Source: a virus. From it: 64,000 nucleotides of DNA. The DNA lies in UHGV virus genome UHGV-0084588, one strand, 5' to 3'. Below the pieces are notes generated by a model. It saw nothing but the letters and a program-made list of their open reading frames with translations. It was not told the DNA's origin and ran no database searches. Positions 37,111 to 46,223 of the stretch are shown one piece after another (the first letter of the stretch is position 1; each line of letters begins with the position of its first letter). A program made the translations under genes and the position numbers.

Positions 37111-37848
37111 ATGCTAAAAGTTTATGTCCCTCAATTACAACGTATCAATCCCTCGTTGTTCGAGGGAATCTTTTATAAAATTTGGCCACAATACTTCAAT
37201 GAACATTTGAAGGACCCGAAGTGGTCAACCGCACAAGGAGAATTCTTTTATACCGCACAGACTGCCTGCACAAACGTCTTTACTCGTTTCATCGCTGAGG
37301 TTATTGACGCTGTCAATACCAACCGAAACTTTGACCTTCGTGACGTCGTAATAGATCTCTCTGGGATCTTCGATAACTACGATTGCGATGATGCTGTGTT
37401 CGAACATTTCTCTTCTGAAGATGTCTGGGAGGCCGTTTATCAATGGCTAGAATACTACGTAAACCTTCTGCTCTCTCCAGAGATGTTAGAAAATTTCAAT
37501 AAAGCACTCTTTCCCATTTATATCGACTTAATGAACGTTAAGCGGACAAAGAACCTCGTTGGTTTCTGGTTTTCGACCTACGATGCTGAAAGCAGATTGT
37601 GGGAAAAAGAAATGATTGCTTTTGGTATCGAGCGCGGCGATTACGATGAATTATATCGAGGGTATTGGCCCTTCGATCGTCACGAAAACGGCTATTGCGG
37701 CAATCCGTACTTGTGGTCTTTTTATTTCTGTAATCAGACCGGTGTTATTTATCTTGAAGACACTGGTGTGCAAATTCCTAACGGTGCTGATGTAACATAC
37801 TGCCAGTTACGTAAAGACCGAGACGACATCATTTATCAGGGCTATTAA
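37111..37848 (+). CDS. Hypothetical protein (245 aa)
   Basis: TGGAGTTATTAAA-ATG; preceded by promoter-like AGATATTATC motif. Confidence 0.45.
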   Translation: MLKVYVPQLQRINPSLFEGIFYKIWPQYFNEHLKDPKWSTAQGEFFYTAQTACTNVFTRFIAEVIDAVNTNRNFDLRDVVIDLSGIFDNYDCDDAVFEHFSSEDVWEAVYQWLEYYVNLLLSPEMLENFNKALFPIYIDLMNVKRTKNLVGFWFSTYDAESRLWEKEMIAFGIERGDYDELYRGYWPFDRHENGYCGNPYLWSFYFCNQTGVIYLEDTGVQIPNGADVTYCQLRKDRDDIIYQGY

Positions 37849-37849
37849 C

Positions 37850-38392
37850 ATGAAAATACTTATCGATTTCTCACTCAGCGAGTCACGGGACAAATTAAAC
37901 AAGGTGTTAAGTGAAATGCGTAGTCGTGTTGCGTTTGAATTACACGATGCAATAGCAGTGCATGAGAACAAGATTTCTGAAGAACACGATGGTGCTGATA
38001 TTACTATCCTGGATTCAGAAGAGATGGTGAATAACCTCGTTGAGCAGTTAGTGATAAAAATCAGTTCGGCCATGACATACCCGCATTTAGTGCAGGTAAC
38101 TGATCCCGATACCGATATTCGCCTGATTCTTGAGAAAGCCTTTCTACATGCCGCGCATTACTTACAGAATAATGCTCCAGATACCCTCGACGAAGTGTAC
38201 GTCGCAATATTGCAGCGCCAATCTTCAACGACGGATATAATAGACACAACATGTTGGAGCGATATTCTTACCAACGAAACGATGTCCCGTATCCGGGATA
38301 TTTTCCTTGAGACACTCGGGTTAGTTGAGAAAATCTGTCATGCTGAGCTCATCTACCTATCGTCAAAATACGGACAACCTAAAGGAGTATAA
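37850..38392 (+). CDS. Hypothetical protein (180 aa)
   Basis: Track ORF, start 2 nt after the upstream stop. Confidence 0.45.
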   Translation: MKILIDFSLSESRDKLNKVLSEMRSRVAFELHDAIAVHENKISEEHDGADITILDSEEMVNNLVEQLVIKISSAMTYPHLVQVTDPDTDIRLILEKAFLHAAHYLQNNAPDTLDEVYVAILQRQSSTTDIIDTTCWSDILTNETMSRIRDIFLETLGLVEKICHAELIYLSSKYGQPKGV

Positions 38393-38394
38393 CC

Positions 38395-38919
38395 GTGGAT
38401 ATTTTAATTCAGCTTCGTAAGAAAACAACCATTGCCACGCCGATAGCGTTAGAGGAGAAAATCTCTGGCGCGGTTGCACGCAAGCTCTGTGGTGCCCACG
38501 GCTTTAGCGACCATCAGGAGCGGGTCGTTACTGCCGCCACATTACACAACTTACGACACACAGTTCATTACTGTTTAGTTGACAACGTCACCATCACTCT
38601 TGATGATAACGTAAAGGTCGACCAACTGCGACGCGAAATTGTCCACAAGATCGAGTCTTACAATAGACGTTTCGATCGGGCGTGTGCGCGTTTAACTGAT
38701 GACGAGGCTCTACGAAAACGTTTGAAACTTGAAATTGAGTATGCGGCGCAACGTTACGGGATTGGCGGTACCGAACCGTGTCTGACTGAACAAGAAATCA
38801 CGTTAGCAATCGAGGTTTATACCACTCTCTGCTGCGTCATCCTAAAAGAGACCAACCACGAAATTACAAAAGCGTTGTTAAACACCGCAGACAAACTCTC
38901 CCCAATTTTAGGACAATAA
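38395..38919 (+). CDS. Hypothetical protein (174 aa)
   Basis: GTG start after AAAGGAGTATAACC. Confidence 0.45.
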   Translation: MDILIQLRKKTTIATPIALEEKISGAVARKLCGAHGFSDHQERVVTAATLHNLRHTVHYCLVDNVTITLDDNVKVDQLRREIVHKIESYNRRFDRACARLTDDEALRKRLKLEIEYAAQRYGIGGTEPCLTEQEITLAIEVYTTLCCVILKETNHEITKALLNTADKLSPILGQ

Positions 38920-38920
38920 A

Positions 38921-39406
38921 ATGAACGTAAATGCAATTATCAATCTCTCTAATAGCGACATTGTCCACGAGTTTCTGAACCACTGCGATCGCACAGAACA
39001 GTCTATCCGTAACTTGTTAGCTCCGAAAACAGTGGATGCCATTTGGATAGCTTCACAGGCAGCGGGCGTTATCGTTGCAAGATATCGCGCGACATTGCTA
39101 ATGAATCTGGACAATTTCTTCGATCAGCCAGGGCTTATTACATGGACTTCTATCGGGCGTCGGTTTTACGACATCCGTATCGAAACCCTACGCTCGATAA
39201 TTAATGGCTGGCACAACGGGTATATGCCTGACGTAACAGTACCCTACACTGCTCCCGAATGGCGACGCTTTTATAGTCAGATATGGAGTAATGAAAGCGT
39301 TTATCATGAAATAGTGGCACTTATCAGTGCCGACCAAAGCCAACTTGCATACCAGCTATGGGAGTGGCTAAAAGCTAATTATCCTGATTACGTCAAAATC
39401 GACTAA
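38921..39406 (+). CDS. Hypothetical protein (161 aa)
   Basis: Track ORF; terminator 39412..39445 follows. Confidence 0.45.
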   Translation: MNVNAIINLSNSDIVHEFLNHCDRTEQSIRNLLAPKTVDAIWIASQAAGVIVARYRATLLMNLDNFFDQPGLITWTSIGRRFYDIRIETLRSIINGWHNGYMPDVTVPYTAPEWRRFYSQIWSNESVYHEIVALISADQSQLAYQLWEWLKANYPDYVKID

Positions 39407-39411
39407 CACCC

Positions 39412-39445
39412 ACCCTAGCTTCGGCTAGGGTAACTTTATTTTTAA
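39412..39445 (+). terminator. Intrinsic terminator
   Basis: ACCCTAGC-TTCG-GCTAGGGT followed by AACTTTATTTTT. Confidence 0.65.
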
Positions 39446-39465
39446 CCATTTTAGGAGAATATGCC

Positions 39466-40392
39466 ATGTATTTGTACAAAAGTAAAAAAGTAAAAGGTAT
39501 TAAAGACTGCCTTAGACAAATGGGGAGTCAGCATCTAGAAAATGTCATGGAAGAAAATCAAACAAAAGAAAATCCCGTCTCGAAGTGGATAAAAAAGAAT
39601 CGTAAGCATTTAACTAATGCCTTTATACCCTACGACGCTGAGTTAGGCCTCAAAGATCCCCGTTCTCTTCACGCTCAAACATTGGCAATTGGATGGCTAT
39701 ACGGTGGTGCTTCCTTAATATCCGATCGAGCACTTAGAGAACTTGTTTTCGAGACTGAGATGCCCAGTAAATTCCCTGAAGAGTGGTTAGACTTTATACC
39801 TACTTGGACTGTAGCAATCGATGTAGGTAAAGAAGATGAGACTTTCTTTCTCGGTTATCGAAAAAATAGGAATAGAAGGTTTATTATAATCGCTACAAAT
39901 ACTGATTACGGGTTAACAGAAGGCGTTACCACGATCGCCACCTGCTCGTTAGAGATATGTAGTGTTGGAAACGGGCTTGTTGAAATCGATTATACGACTG
40001 GCGTACAGACCGAACAAGAGAAGACGTTATGGTTATCACTGGCTAAGACCGCCATATCGTTGATATTTCTCTGTACGCTAATCCCGCCTAATCTCAGAGG
40101 GTCTTTCAATGACATTAAGTTCAAAGAAATCAAAAAGAATGGTAGCATAAGTCACGAAATCAAACCTCGTGAACGTGACGTTAAAATAGACATCACGCCA
40201 GGACAAGTGAAATATCTAAAGGGATTTAACACCGACTTGAAAACCATGGAAGGTATCAAACACGCCAAGGCTGCACATATTCGTCGCGCACACTGGCGCA
40301 GATATTGGGTCGGTCCAAGAGATGGGGAAAGGAAGAGAAAACTTTACTGGATTCCGCCTACATTTGTCCGTGGCTACGTACCCCACAATTAA
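39466..40392 (+). CDS. Hypothetical protein (308 aa), paralog pair with basic Trp-rich C-terminal motif
   Basis: C-terminus AAHIRRAHWRRYWVGPRDGERKRKLYWIPPTFVRGY; internal GWLYGGASLISDRALREL; AGGAGAAT RBS. Confidence 0.5.
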   Translation: MYLYKSKKVKGIKDCLRQMGSQHLENVMEENQTKENPVSKWIKKNRKHLTNAFIPYDAELGLKDPRSLHAQTLAIGWLYGGASLISDRALRELVFETEMPSKFPEEWLDFIPTWTVAIDVGKEDETFFLGYRKNRNRRFIIIATNTDYGLTEGVTTIATCSLEICSVGNGLVEIDYTTGVQTEQEKTLWLSLAKTAISLIFLCTLIPPNLRGSFNDIKFKEIKKNGSISHEIKPRERDVKIDITPGQVKYLKGFNTDLKTMEGIKHAKAAHIRRAHWRRYWVGPRDGERKRKLYWIPPTFVRGYVPHN

Positions 40393-40417
40393 GCTAAAAG
40401 TGTTTAGGAGCATTAAA

Positions 40418-41317
40418 ATGATAGCGAATAATAGACTTTACGGGAAAGCGCTAAGACGCATGAGCGAACAGATAGAAAAAGCGCACCAAACAATTCACGG
40501 ATTAGACCAGTGCCGTTTTATTCGGTTCATTAACGAGCATAAACGACAAATACCCGTAACGTTTATGCCAGTTAAAGATCCGACTTATCGAGAGTATGGT
40601 GTTACAGAACAGATTCCTAGACTGATTAAACAGTCCCTGGGTCTAGGGTGGCAATACGCTGCTGTTGAAATCATCTCGGATGAAGAACTGATGGCGCTCT
40701 TAGCAAAAACTGAGAGACTAAAAAATATCCCGTACTTCTGGATAGAAACCATCCCTTCATTTACTTTCTCGGTTACCGTAAATCTCGACGAAAGCCCAAT
40801 CACGTTATTTATCGGAAGACGTCTTTACGAAGGCGAAGAAGTTCTCTTTGTGATGTCATGCGAAGAACGTGAAGAATCGGTATACATGGAGTTTGAGATT
40901 TACAAAATCGATAAAAGCGAAGATGATTTCGTCGAGCTAAAACCGCTCCTTACTTCGGTTAAAGAGAATCAACGACTACTCGACGCCGTCTACATCGGGC
41001 TATATCTTTCGTCACGAATTAAACGTACTGAACGTGAGAAGAAAGAATTTCGTGGAAGAACGATTCGTTATGTTCCTGATACAGAGATTCGCCCACGTAG
41101 TGAAGCAGTCGTTTTAGACGTAAGTCCGGTACAATGGGAAGATATAGAGCAGCAACGCAAGGAAGGACACGAGGTTTGTTTGGCAATTTATTGCGCAGCA
41201 CATATCCGTCGTGCTCATTGGAAGCGTGTATGGTGTGGTAAAATGTCAGAAATGCGCTGGCGCGAATGGCGATGGATAGCGCCAAGCTACATCTCTGGAT
41301 TTTATCGTGGGAAATAA
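40418..41317 (+). CDS. Hypothetical protein (about 300 aa), paralog of 39466..40392
   Basis: ATG at 40418 after TTAGGAGCATTAAA (track start 40322 lies inside the upstream gene); C-terminus AAHIRRAHWKRVWCGKMSEMRWREWRWIAPSYISGF; internal GWQYAAVEIISDEELMAL. Confidence 0.5.
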   Translation: MIANNRLYGKALRRMSEQIEKAHQTIHGLDQCRFIRFINEHKRQIPVTFMPVKDPTYREYGVTEQIPRLIKQSLGLGWQYAAVEIISDEELMALLAKTERLKNIPYFWIETIPSFTFSVTVNLDESPITLFIGRRLYEGEEVLFVMSCEEREESVYMEFEIYKIDKSEDDFVELKPLLTSVKENQRLLDAVYIGLYLSSRIKRTEREKKEFRGRTIRYVPDTEIRPRSEAVVLDVSPVQWEDIEQQRKEGHEVCLAIYCAAHIRRAHWKRVWCGKMSEMRWREWRWIAPSYISGFYRGK

Positions 41318-41323
41318 ATAGTT

Positions 41324-41362
41324 TACCCCTAGACCGTGTGGTCTAGGGGTAGCTTTACTTTT
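41324..41362. terminator. Bidirectional intrinsic terminator
   Basis: ACCCCTAGACC-GTGTG-GGTCTAGGGGT followed by a long T tract, between convergent genes. Confidence 0.7.
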
Positions 41363-42118
41363 TTATTTTTTGTTTGCCTTAAGCGCTTTTAAGCGTTCGG
41401 CAGTAACGTTCAGGCATTCGATTAATTCGTTAACCTGTTTCATGAACAAACCAAACAGCTCCACCCAATCGGAAGCAAAATCTAACATCATCGTCAGTTC
41501 TTTTGCTACATTCGGATGAATGTTTTGTTCGGACAAGATTTCTGACGTAGTGCGAATAGACTCGATTGACTTGTCGATGTTTGTCCGTAGACGTTTTGTG
41601 ATTTCAACGTTCAGTGCCTTAGCGCGATTGAACGCAACATCAATTTCGGACGCGCTGTGATACGTCTTCTCAATTGGTCGCTGGTCGATAACGTTGTTAG
41701 TGTACGATTTCGCTAACAAGTTAACCAGATCTTTCGGGTTAACGTTACGTAAAGGTATATTAACATTTTTGTAACGGAAACCAATCGGTAATGACAGTAC
41801 ACCCACATCATGTGTAAGGGCCGAAAGTTGTTTATCGACCGGCAACAGAATACCCGTATAAATGTTTTGCAGTGAACTCCATACGGATTCTAAGCGGTTC
41901 AAATGATCCATCACGTAGGTATTAAACCCAGGTGGAACGATAACCAACATTCCCGCAAAGTGAAGGAATTTTTCTTGTTGCATCCACTTGGAAACGTCCG
42001 ACATCTCGTCATAAGTGGTTAATGCAATCTCTTGTTGAGGGCCACTAAAGCCTTTCGGTAAGATTGCAGACGCTTTAGCGGCGAAGCTAGATAACGCTGC
42101 AAGTGGATTTACATTCAT
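41363..42118 (-). CDS. Hypothetical protein (251 aa)
   Basis: Isolated minus-strand gene ending at a bidirectional terminator. Confidence 0.5.
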   Translation of the reverse strand: MNVNPLAALSSFAAKASAILPKGFSGPQQEIALTTYDEMSDVSKWMQQEKFLHFAGMLVIVPPGFNTYVMDHLNRLESVWSSLQNIYTGILLPVDKQLSALTHDVGVLSLPIGFRYKNVNIPLRNVNPKDLVNLLAKSYTNNVIDQRPIEKTYHSASEIDVAFNRAKALNVEITKRLRTNIDKSIESIRTTSEILSEQNIHPNVAKELTMMLDFASDWVELFGLFMKQVNELIECLNVTAERLKALKANKK

Positions 42119-42216
42119 TCTAAAACCTCGGATTATAAGTCAGGGTTACATAGTAAAGTCTTTTTACAGTTCACCCAAACCTTATGACCGAGACAATTCC
42201 ATAAAGGTAAAGCTCG

Positions 42217-42516
42217 ATGAAAATCAAATTACTGACTCGAAACACCACACCGCGTTTAGAACCGGAAATTTATCTGACCCCAGTTAAAAAAGGTCAGAAC
42301 GGTAAACCTATTCAAGTTGGAAAAGTCTTGAGCGTAACGTCGTGCCCGAGCGGTAAACGTGTTATGGAACTGGAAATTGACGAGCGTAACAAACGCCGTT
42401 TCGAGTCTATTGAAAACCCTTATCCTGAAAATGTGGAAGAAGTTACTGAGTGGGTAGAGACCTACTTTGAATTCTGGCACAACCGCCGTCTCCTTCTTCC
42501 GACCAAGAATCGTTAA
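42217..42516 (+). CDS. Hypothetical protein (99 aa)
   Basis: Track ORF; basic/acidic mixed small protein. Confidence 0.4.
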   Translation: MKIKLLTRNTTPRLEPEIYLTPVKKGQNGKPIQVGKVLSVTSCPSGKRVMELEIDERNKRRFESIENPYPENVEEVTEWVETYFEFWHNRRLLLPTKNR

Positions 42517-42531
42517 TTATCGGAGCGCTAA

Positions 42532-44028
42532 ATGGCAGGCCCAACTAAACAAGTTATCGGTGAAGTAATTCGTCCACGTTTTAACGTTTACACCATCATG
42601 GATCATGCCTTAGGTAACTACGAAAAAGGTGAAGATGGTTTGTACTACCTTAACGGTGGTTTTGCCCACATCATGGGTTTCGCAGGTCGCGGTAACACTT
42701 TTAAATCCACCTTGTTAGATTTCTGTATTTTCCAAATCCTGCAACGTTATAAAGCAGAGTGGGGTTCTAAGTACGATACAGAAGTGTCAGCCGCCCTCGA
42801 TCGTTTAGAAACTGGGTACATCTCTGCCATGAACGCTAACGGTATCGACGACGGAACGTCCGTACTGGAGCTTATCCACGAAGGTCGATATAACCTGGTC
42901 GGTTCTGACGTAATGCCTGGGGAACAGTATTACAGTGATTATATTCGCGATGAAGTTGAAAAACGCTTCAAGCAGTATATGTCTGGTAAAACCCGCGTAA
43001 CGCCGTTCCCCGATCCGGTTCGTCGTAAGTTAAAAGAAATCCTGGACCCCTGGCTTTATTCTATCGATTCCCTGTCAGAGTGGCATTCCAGTTCGCTGGA
43101 AGACAAACACGCAAAAACGGATATTGGGGATTCTGATCAGAACATCCTCAACGCCCACGATGCCCTGCAAAAGTCGAACATGATGAGCCGCTGGCCGTCT
43201 GCGTTTGCACGCGGTGGTTTTTACATGGGCTTCGTGGCACAGATGGCCGATGACTCTGGGAAAGCGATGGCAGGTGGCCGTCAGGCACAAAAAGCAAATG
43301 CGAAAATTCTTGACGATGCCAACGACGATTTAAAATTCGCAGGTATTCCTCGCCGTCAGCTTAGCTTTTTAACAAACTCTTTTATCGTCGCGACGAAATC
43401 AGGGGAACTGAAGAAAGACCAGAGCTATAACGCGCAGACGGGTGTTAACGAAGAACTTTATCCGACGTCACGCTCTAAGGCGATGAATGCTTCGGTAAAC
43501 GACTTGAAGATTATCACCTTTACTCAGTATCGTGCGAAGGGTGGTCACACTGGTGTGAAATTCCAGATGATCTTCTCTCAGGAAATGGGTCTGTTATATC
43601 ACCTGAGCCTGTGGCACTATTTAAGCGACACACTGAAGAAGTCAGACTTTGGTTTCACGTCAAGCGGTAGTGGCGGCTCCATCAAAGAACTGGACATTCT
43701 ACCTGGTGTGAAATTCCAACGCACGACAATCCGTGATATGATTTCTGATAACGCACGCTTACGTCGCGCTTTAGAAATCACGGCGGCAATCGCGTATATG
43801 CAAAACAACTACCATCGTCTTGAAATGAAGTATCATCTCAGCATGGGTGAGATTTACAAACTGATTGACGAGAAGTGGGACTGGAATGAAATTCTGGACA
43901 ACACGGTAGAATACTGGATGTTTAAAGACCAGGAAACCAAAGGCGGTAAACGCACACTGACTGCACGTACTATTCTGGGTATGGCTGTCGATGGACTAGA
44001 ACCGAAGTTCCTGACGAAAAAGAAATAA
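42532..44028 (+). CDS. Hypothetical protein (498 aa)
   Basis: Track ORF; imperfect P-loop-like GFAGRGNTFKST; function not assignable. Confidence 0.5.
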   Translation: MAGPTKQVIGEVIRPRFNVYTIMDHALGNYEKGEDGLYYLNGGFAHIMGFAGRGNTFKSTLLDFCIFQILQRYKAEWGSKYDTEVSAALDRLETGYISAMNANGIDDGTSVLELIHEGRYNLVGSDVMPGEQYYSDYIRDEVEKRFKQYMSGKTRVTPFPDPVRRKLKEILDPWLYSIDSLSEWHSSSLEDKHAKTDIGDSDQNILNAHDALQKSNMMSRWPSAFARGGFYMGFVAQMADDSGKAMAGGRQAQKANAKILDDANDDLKFAGIPRRQLSFLTNSFIVATKSGELKKDQSYNAQTGVNEELYPTSRSKAMNASVNDLKIITFTQYRAKGGHTGVKFQMIFSQEMGLLYHLSLWHYLSDTLKKSDFGFTSSGSGGSIKELDILPGVKFQRTTIRDMISDNARLRRALEITAAIAYMQNNYHRLEMKYHLSMGEIYKLIDEKWDWNEILDNTVEYWMFKDQETKGGKRTLTARTILGMAVDGLEPKFLTKKK

Positions 44029-44034
44029 ATGGGC

Positions 44035-44056
44035 TCGGGTAGGGATTACCCTACCC
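44035..44056 (+). other. Stem-loop CGGGTAGGG-ATTA-CCCTACCCG without T-tract, just upstream of an RBS
   Basis: Same GTAGGG/CCCTAC palindrome type as the terminators, but followed directly by AAGGAG and ATG at 44073. Confidence 0.35.
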
Positions 44057-44072
44057 GACCTAAGGAGTCATC

Positions 44073-44372
44073 ATGCGTTATCAAACGGAGATTGTGGAAC
44101 GCTTAAGTGAAGGATTGGCAAGTGTTAATTTAGAAACAGCGGCCGAATTTCGTGAAGCCTTCACTCTTCCGTTTCCCGATCTGGAATCCTTTTGTTTAAA
44201 GGTCGCTGAGTATTACTCGAATCTATTAGTACGTTACGGGTATGCGCCAGTACGTTCCGAACTTCCTGAAAACACGGAAGCTATCAGCTACTGGATTGAC
44301 CTGCTTGAAGCAGAAACGTTATCCAATCTACGTAAGGCGGTAGACAATGAAACTCGAACCAGCGCGGCGTAA
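44073..44372 (+). CDS. Hypothetical acidic protein (99 aa)
   Basis: AAGGAGTCATC-ATG; preceded by GGGTAGGG/CCCTACCC hairpin. Confidence 0.4.
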   Translation: MRYQTEIVERLSEGLASVNLETAAEFREAFTLPFPDLESFCLKVAEYYSNLLVRYGYAPVRSELPENTEAISYWIDLLEAETLSNLRKAVDNETRTSAA

Positions 44373-45015
44373 GAAGGCGGAAGCCTACGCCTTACAAATC
44401 TTAAAGTTGGTAGACCCTTCTGGCATTAATGCCGAAGCCGCGAAGAAAGCCTTCGCACGAATGACCGACGAACAGTTTAACCGACTTCGTAACGGTTTAC
44501 CTATTTACAACCCGGTGGGAAGTAAAGTCGAAATTGACCACCTGCGCAATATCGAGGTGTGCAAAATCCTAGGGGTAAACCTGGAGCAACGGTTGTGGCT
44601 AACAGAACCAAAAACAGGTGTTTATCACCGTACTCGTTACCCTCACTTGGTCTTACGCTTGCCTGTCCGTCGTCAGACGCAGATGCAAGAAAAGAAAATG
44701 GCGGTTGCGAAGAACGACAAAGTTCGCGATAAACTCTCCGGTCAAGTTGTCGGTCCTTCCAAAGCATCCGGGGTCTCCTTCCCAGAAGCATACATCATGT
44801 ATTCCGATGGTCACGACTGGACACTGAAAGAGTTCTTGTGGGCGCGTGGTGGTAACGACGCACTACAACGTGCTTTCTATCAGTCGCTGCGCCAAACCGG
44901 TAAAGGACGTATCGATTTGCCTGGAGCGGAGCGAACGAGTTCTAAAGCAACACGGACGTGGTCAGCGTACCTCAAAGCGATGCATATCGGTAACAACATA
45001 GGCCATCCGTCATGA
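44347..45015 (+). CDS. Hypothetical protein (222 aa)
   Basis: Track ORF overlapping the upstream gene by 26 nt. Confidence 0.45.
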   Translation: MKLEPARRKKAEAYALQILKLVDPSGINAEAAKKAFARMTDEQFNRLRNGLPIYNPVGSKVEIDHLRNIEVCKILGVNLEQRLWLTEPKTGVYHRTRYPHLVLRLPVRRQTQMQEKKMAVAKNDKVRDKLSGQVVGPSKASGVSFPEAYIMYSDGHDWTLKEFLWARGGNDALQRAFYQSLRQTGKGRIDLPGAERTSSKATRTWSAYLKAMHIGNNIGHPS

Positions 45016-45734
45016 GATTATCTCGACGTTTCTTAATCGATATTGATACGCTATTTGATACGCGTTTAGGTTGGGTAAAAGCCATTAAGCCTGAAAGCTT
45101 AGCCTTACTAGACTACGATGTTTATCGGCGTCGCTATACAGAAGCATGGGCGGGTGTACTCGGGTTTGAAAAATGGGATGAAGAGTGGCGGAAGCGGGAT
45201 AAGCGCGCATTGATTAATGCGCAGCCTACTGAATTATTGGCAACGATGAAAAACGAATTCGAGTGTATGATGCTTGAAATCGAAATGCATTCGCCAATTG
45301 AAAAACCTACTCTGACCATCAATACATGGCCTTATACGGATTTAACAGGCGAAGAACTTCAAGCCTTTTTGAATCTGTTTCGGATGTATTACAATAACGT
45401 ACAAGTCGAATTGGTGTCTTGGTCGTTAGAAGACCTCACACCGGGGAGATTATCATTGGCGTGGGATTGCTGGATAATGTACGATTGGTTCGAGTGGATT
45501 AAGCTTAACGCTTCGCACTTGAAAAAACCGATTCCAAGCTTTACCATCACACACCCTGCCATGCTCACACCAGAATTGACCGGCGTGTTGGTTGAACAAA
45601 TCAAACAAGACGGCGTTAACCCGTTTAAGGAACATATCCGGTTTATGGCAGAGTGGGTCGGTGTCGACCCACGGGATGCTGCTTTATTTAGTCTTGCTCG
45701 TCCTGTTCAGGACGTGCAAACGCCGCCATCATAA
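45012..45734 (+). CDS. Hypothetical protein (240 aa)
   Basis: Track ORF; ATGA overlap with the upstream gene; 3' end overlaps the convergent acidic-protein gene. Confidence 0.45.
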   Translation: MRLSRRFLIDIDTLFDTRLGWVKAIKPESLALLDYDVYRRRYTEAWAGVLGFEKWDEEWRKRDKRALINAQPTELLATMKNEFECMMLEIEMHSPIEKPTLTINTWPYTDLTGEELQAFLNLFRMYYNNVQVELVSWSLEDLTPGRLSLAWDCWIMYDWFEWIKLNASHLKKPIPSFTITHPAMLTPELTGVLVEQIKQDGVNPFKEHIRFMAEWVGVDPRDAALFSLARPVQDVQTPPS

Positions 45735-46152
45735 TGGACTTAACATCGATTTGTTCACCTACTGGTGCCAGCTCCCCTTCTGTTACCTCAACATTGGGAA
45801 TAGCAGGAACGGGGGGCTGGTAGCCCTGGGTTTCTTCGATTTCCTCATCATGACGTCGTATTTTGATATTACCACGTTGCATGAGGATGCTATTAAGTGC
45901 ATTCGCCAAATCTTGGTTAGCTTCGCTGTTTTTCTGTGCAGCGGCGACACGACGTTTGGAAATGATTTGTTTATCAACGTCGTTAAGCAAAGACCCTAGA
46001 CGGTCTACCGTTTTCAAGTCTTTGTGTGCTTGTGGATCGTCTAAGATGAGGTTCACAATCCGTACACGGGCTTGTTGCGTTTGGCGGAGAAGCGATTCTT
46101 CGTCGTCCACATCTCCATCAAACGCCTGATATTTCACTTCTTCGTCAGCCAT
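45688..46152 (-). CDS. Highly acidic protein (154 aa)
   Basis: GAGGT RBS before the ATG; termini MADEEVKYQAFDGDVDDEE... and ...ARPEQDEQD; Asp/Glu-rich throughout. Confidence 0.45.
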   Translation of the reverse strand: MADEEVKYQAFDGDVDDEESLLRQTQQARVRIVNLILDDPQAHKDLKTVDRLGSLLNDVDKQIISKRRVAAAQKNSEANQDLANALNSILMQRGNIKIRRHDEEIEETQGYQPPVPAIPNVEVTEGELAPVGEQIDVKSIMMAAFARPEQDEQD

Positions 46153-46180
46153 TCTTACTACCTCAATTTCAAAAAGAAGT

Positions 46181-46203
46181 CAGACAGATATTATCTACGT
46201 GAG
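46181..46203 (+). promoter_or_regulatory. Promoter-like motif CAGACAGATATTATCTACGTGAG
   Basis: AGATATTATC core in a divergent intergenic region, about 30 nt upstream of the ATG at 46224. Confidence 0.35.
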
Positions 46204-46223
46204 ACATTCTTTAGGAGTGAATT

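Noticed and set aside
40322-40417. Track start of the 331-aa ORF inside the preceding gene
   Set aside because: It would overlap the upstream paralog by 71 nt; an ATG at 40418 with the conserved AGGAGCATTAAA context is the more plausible start.
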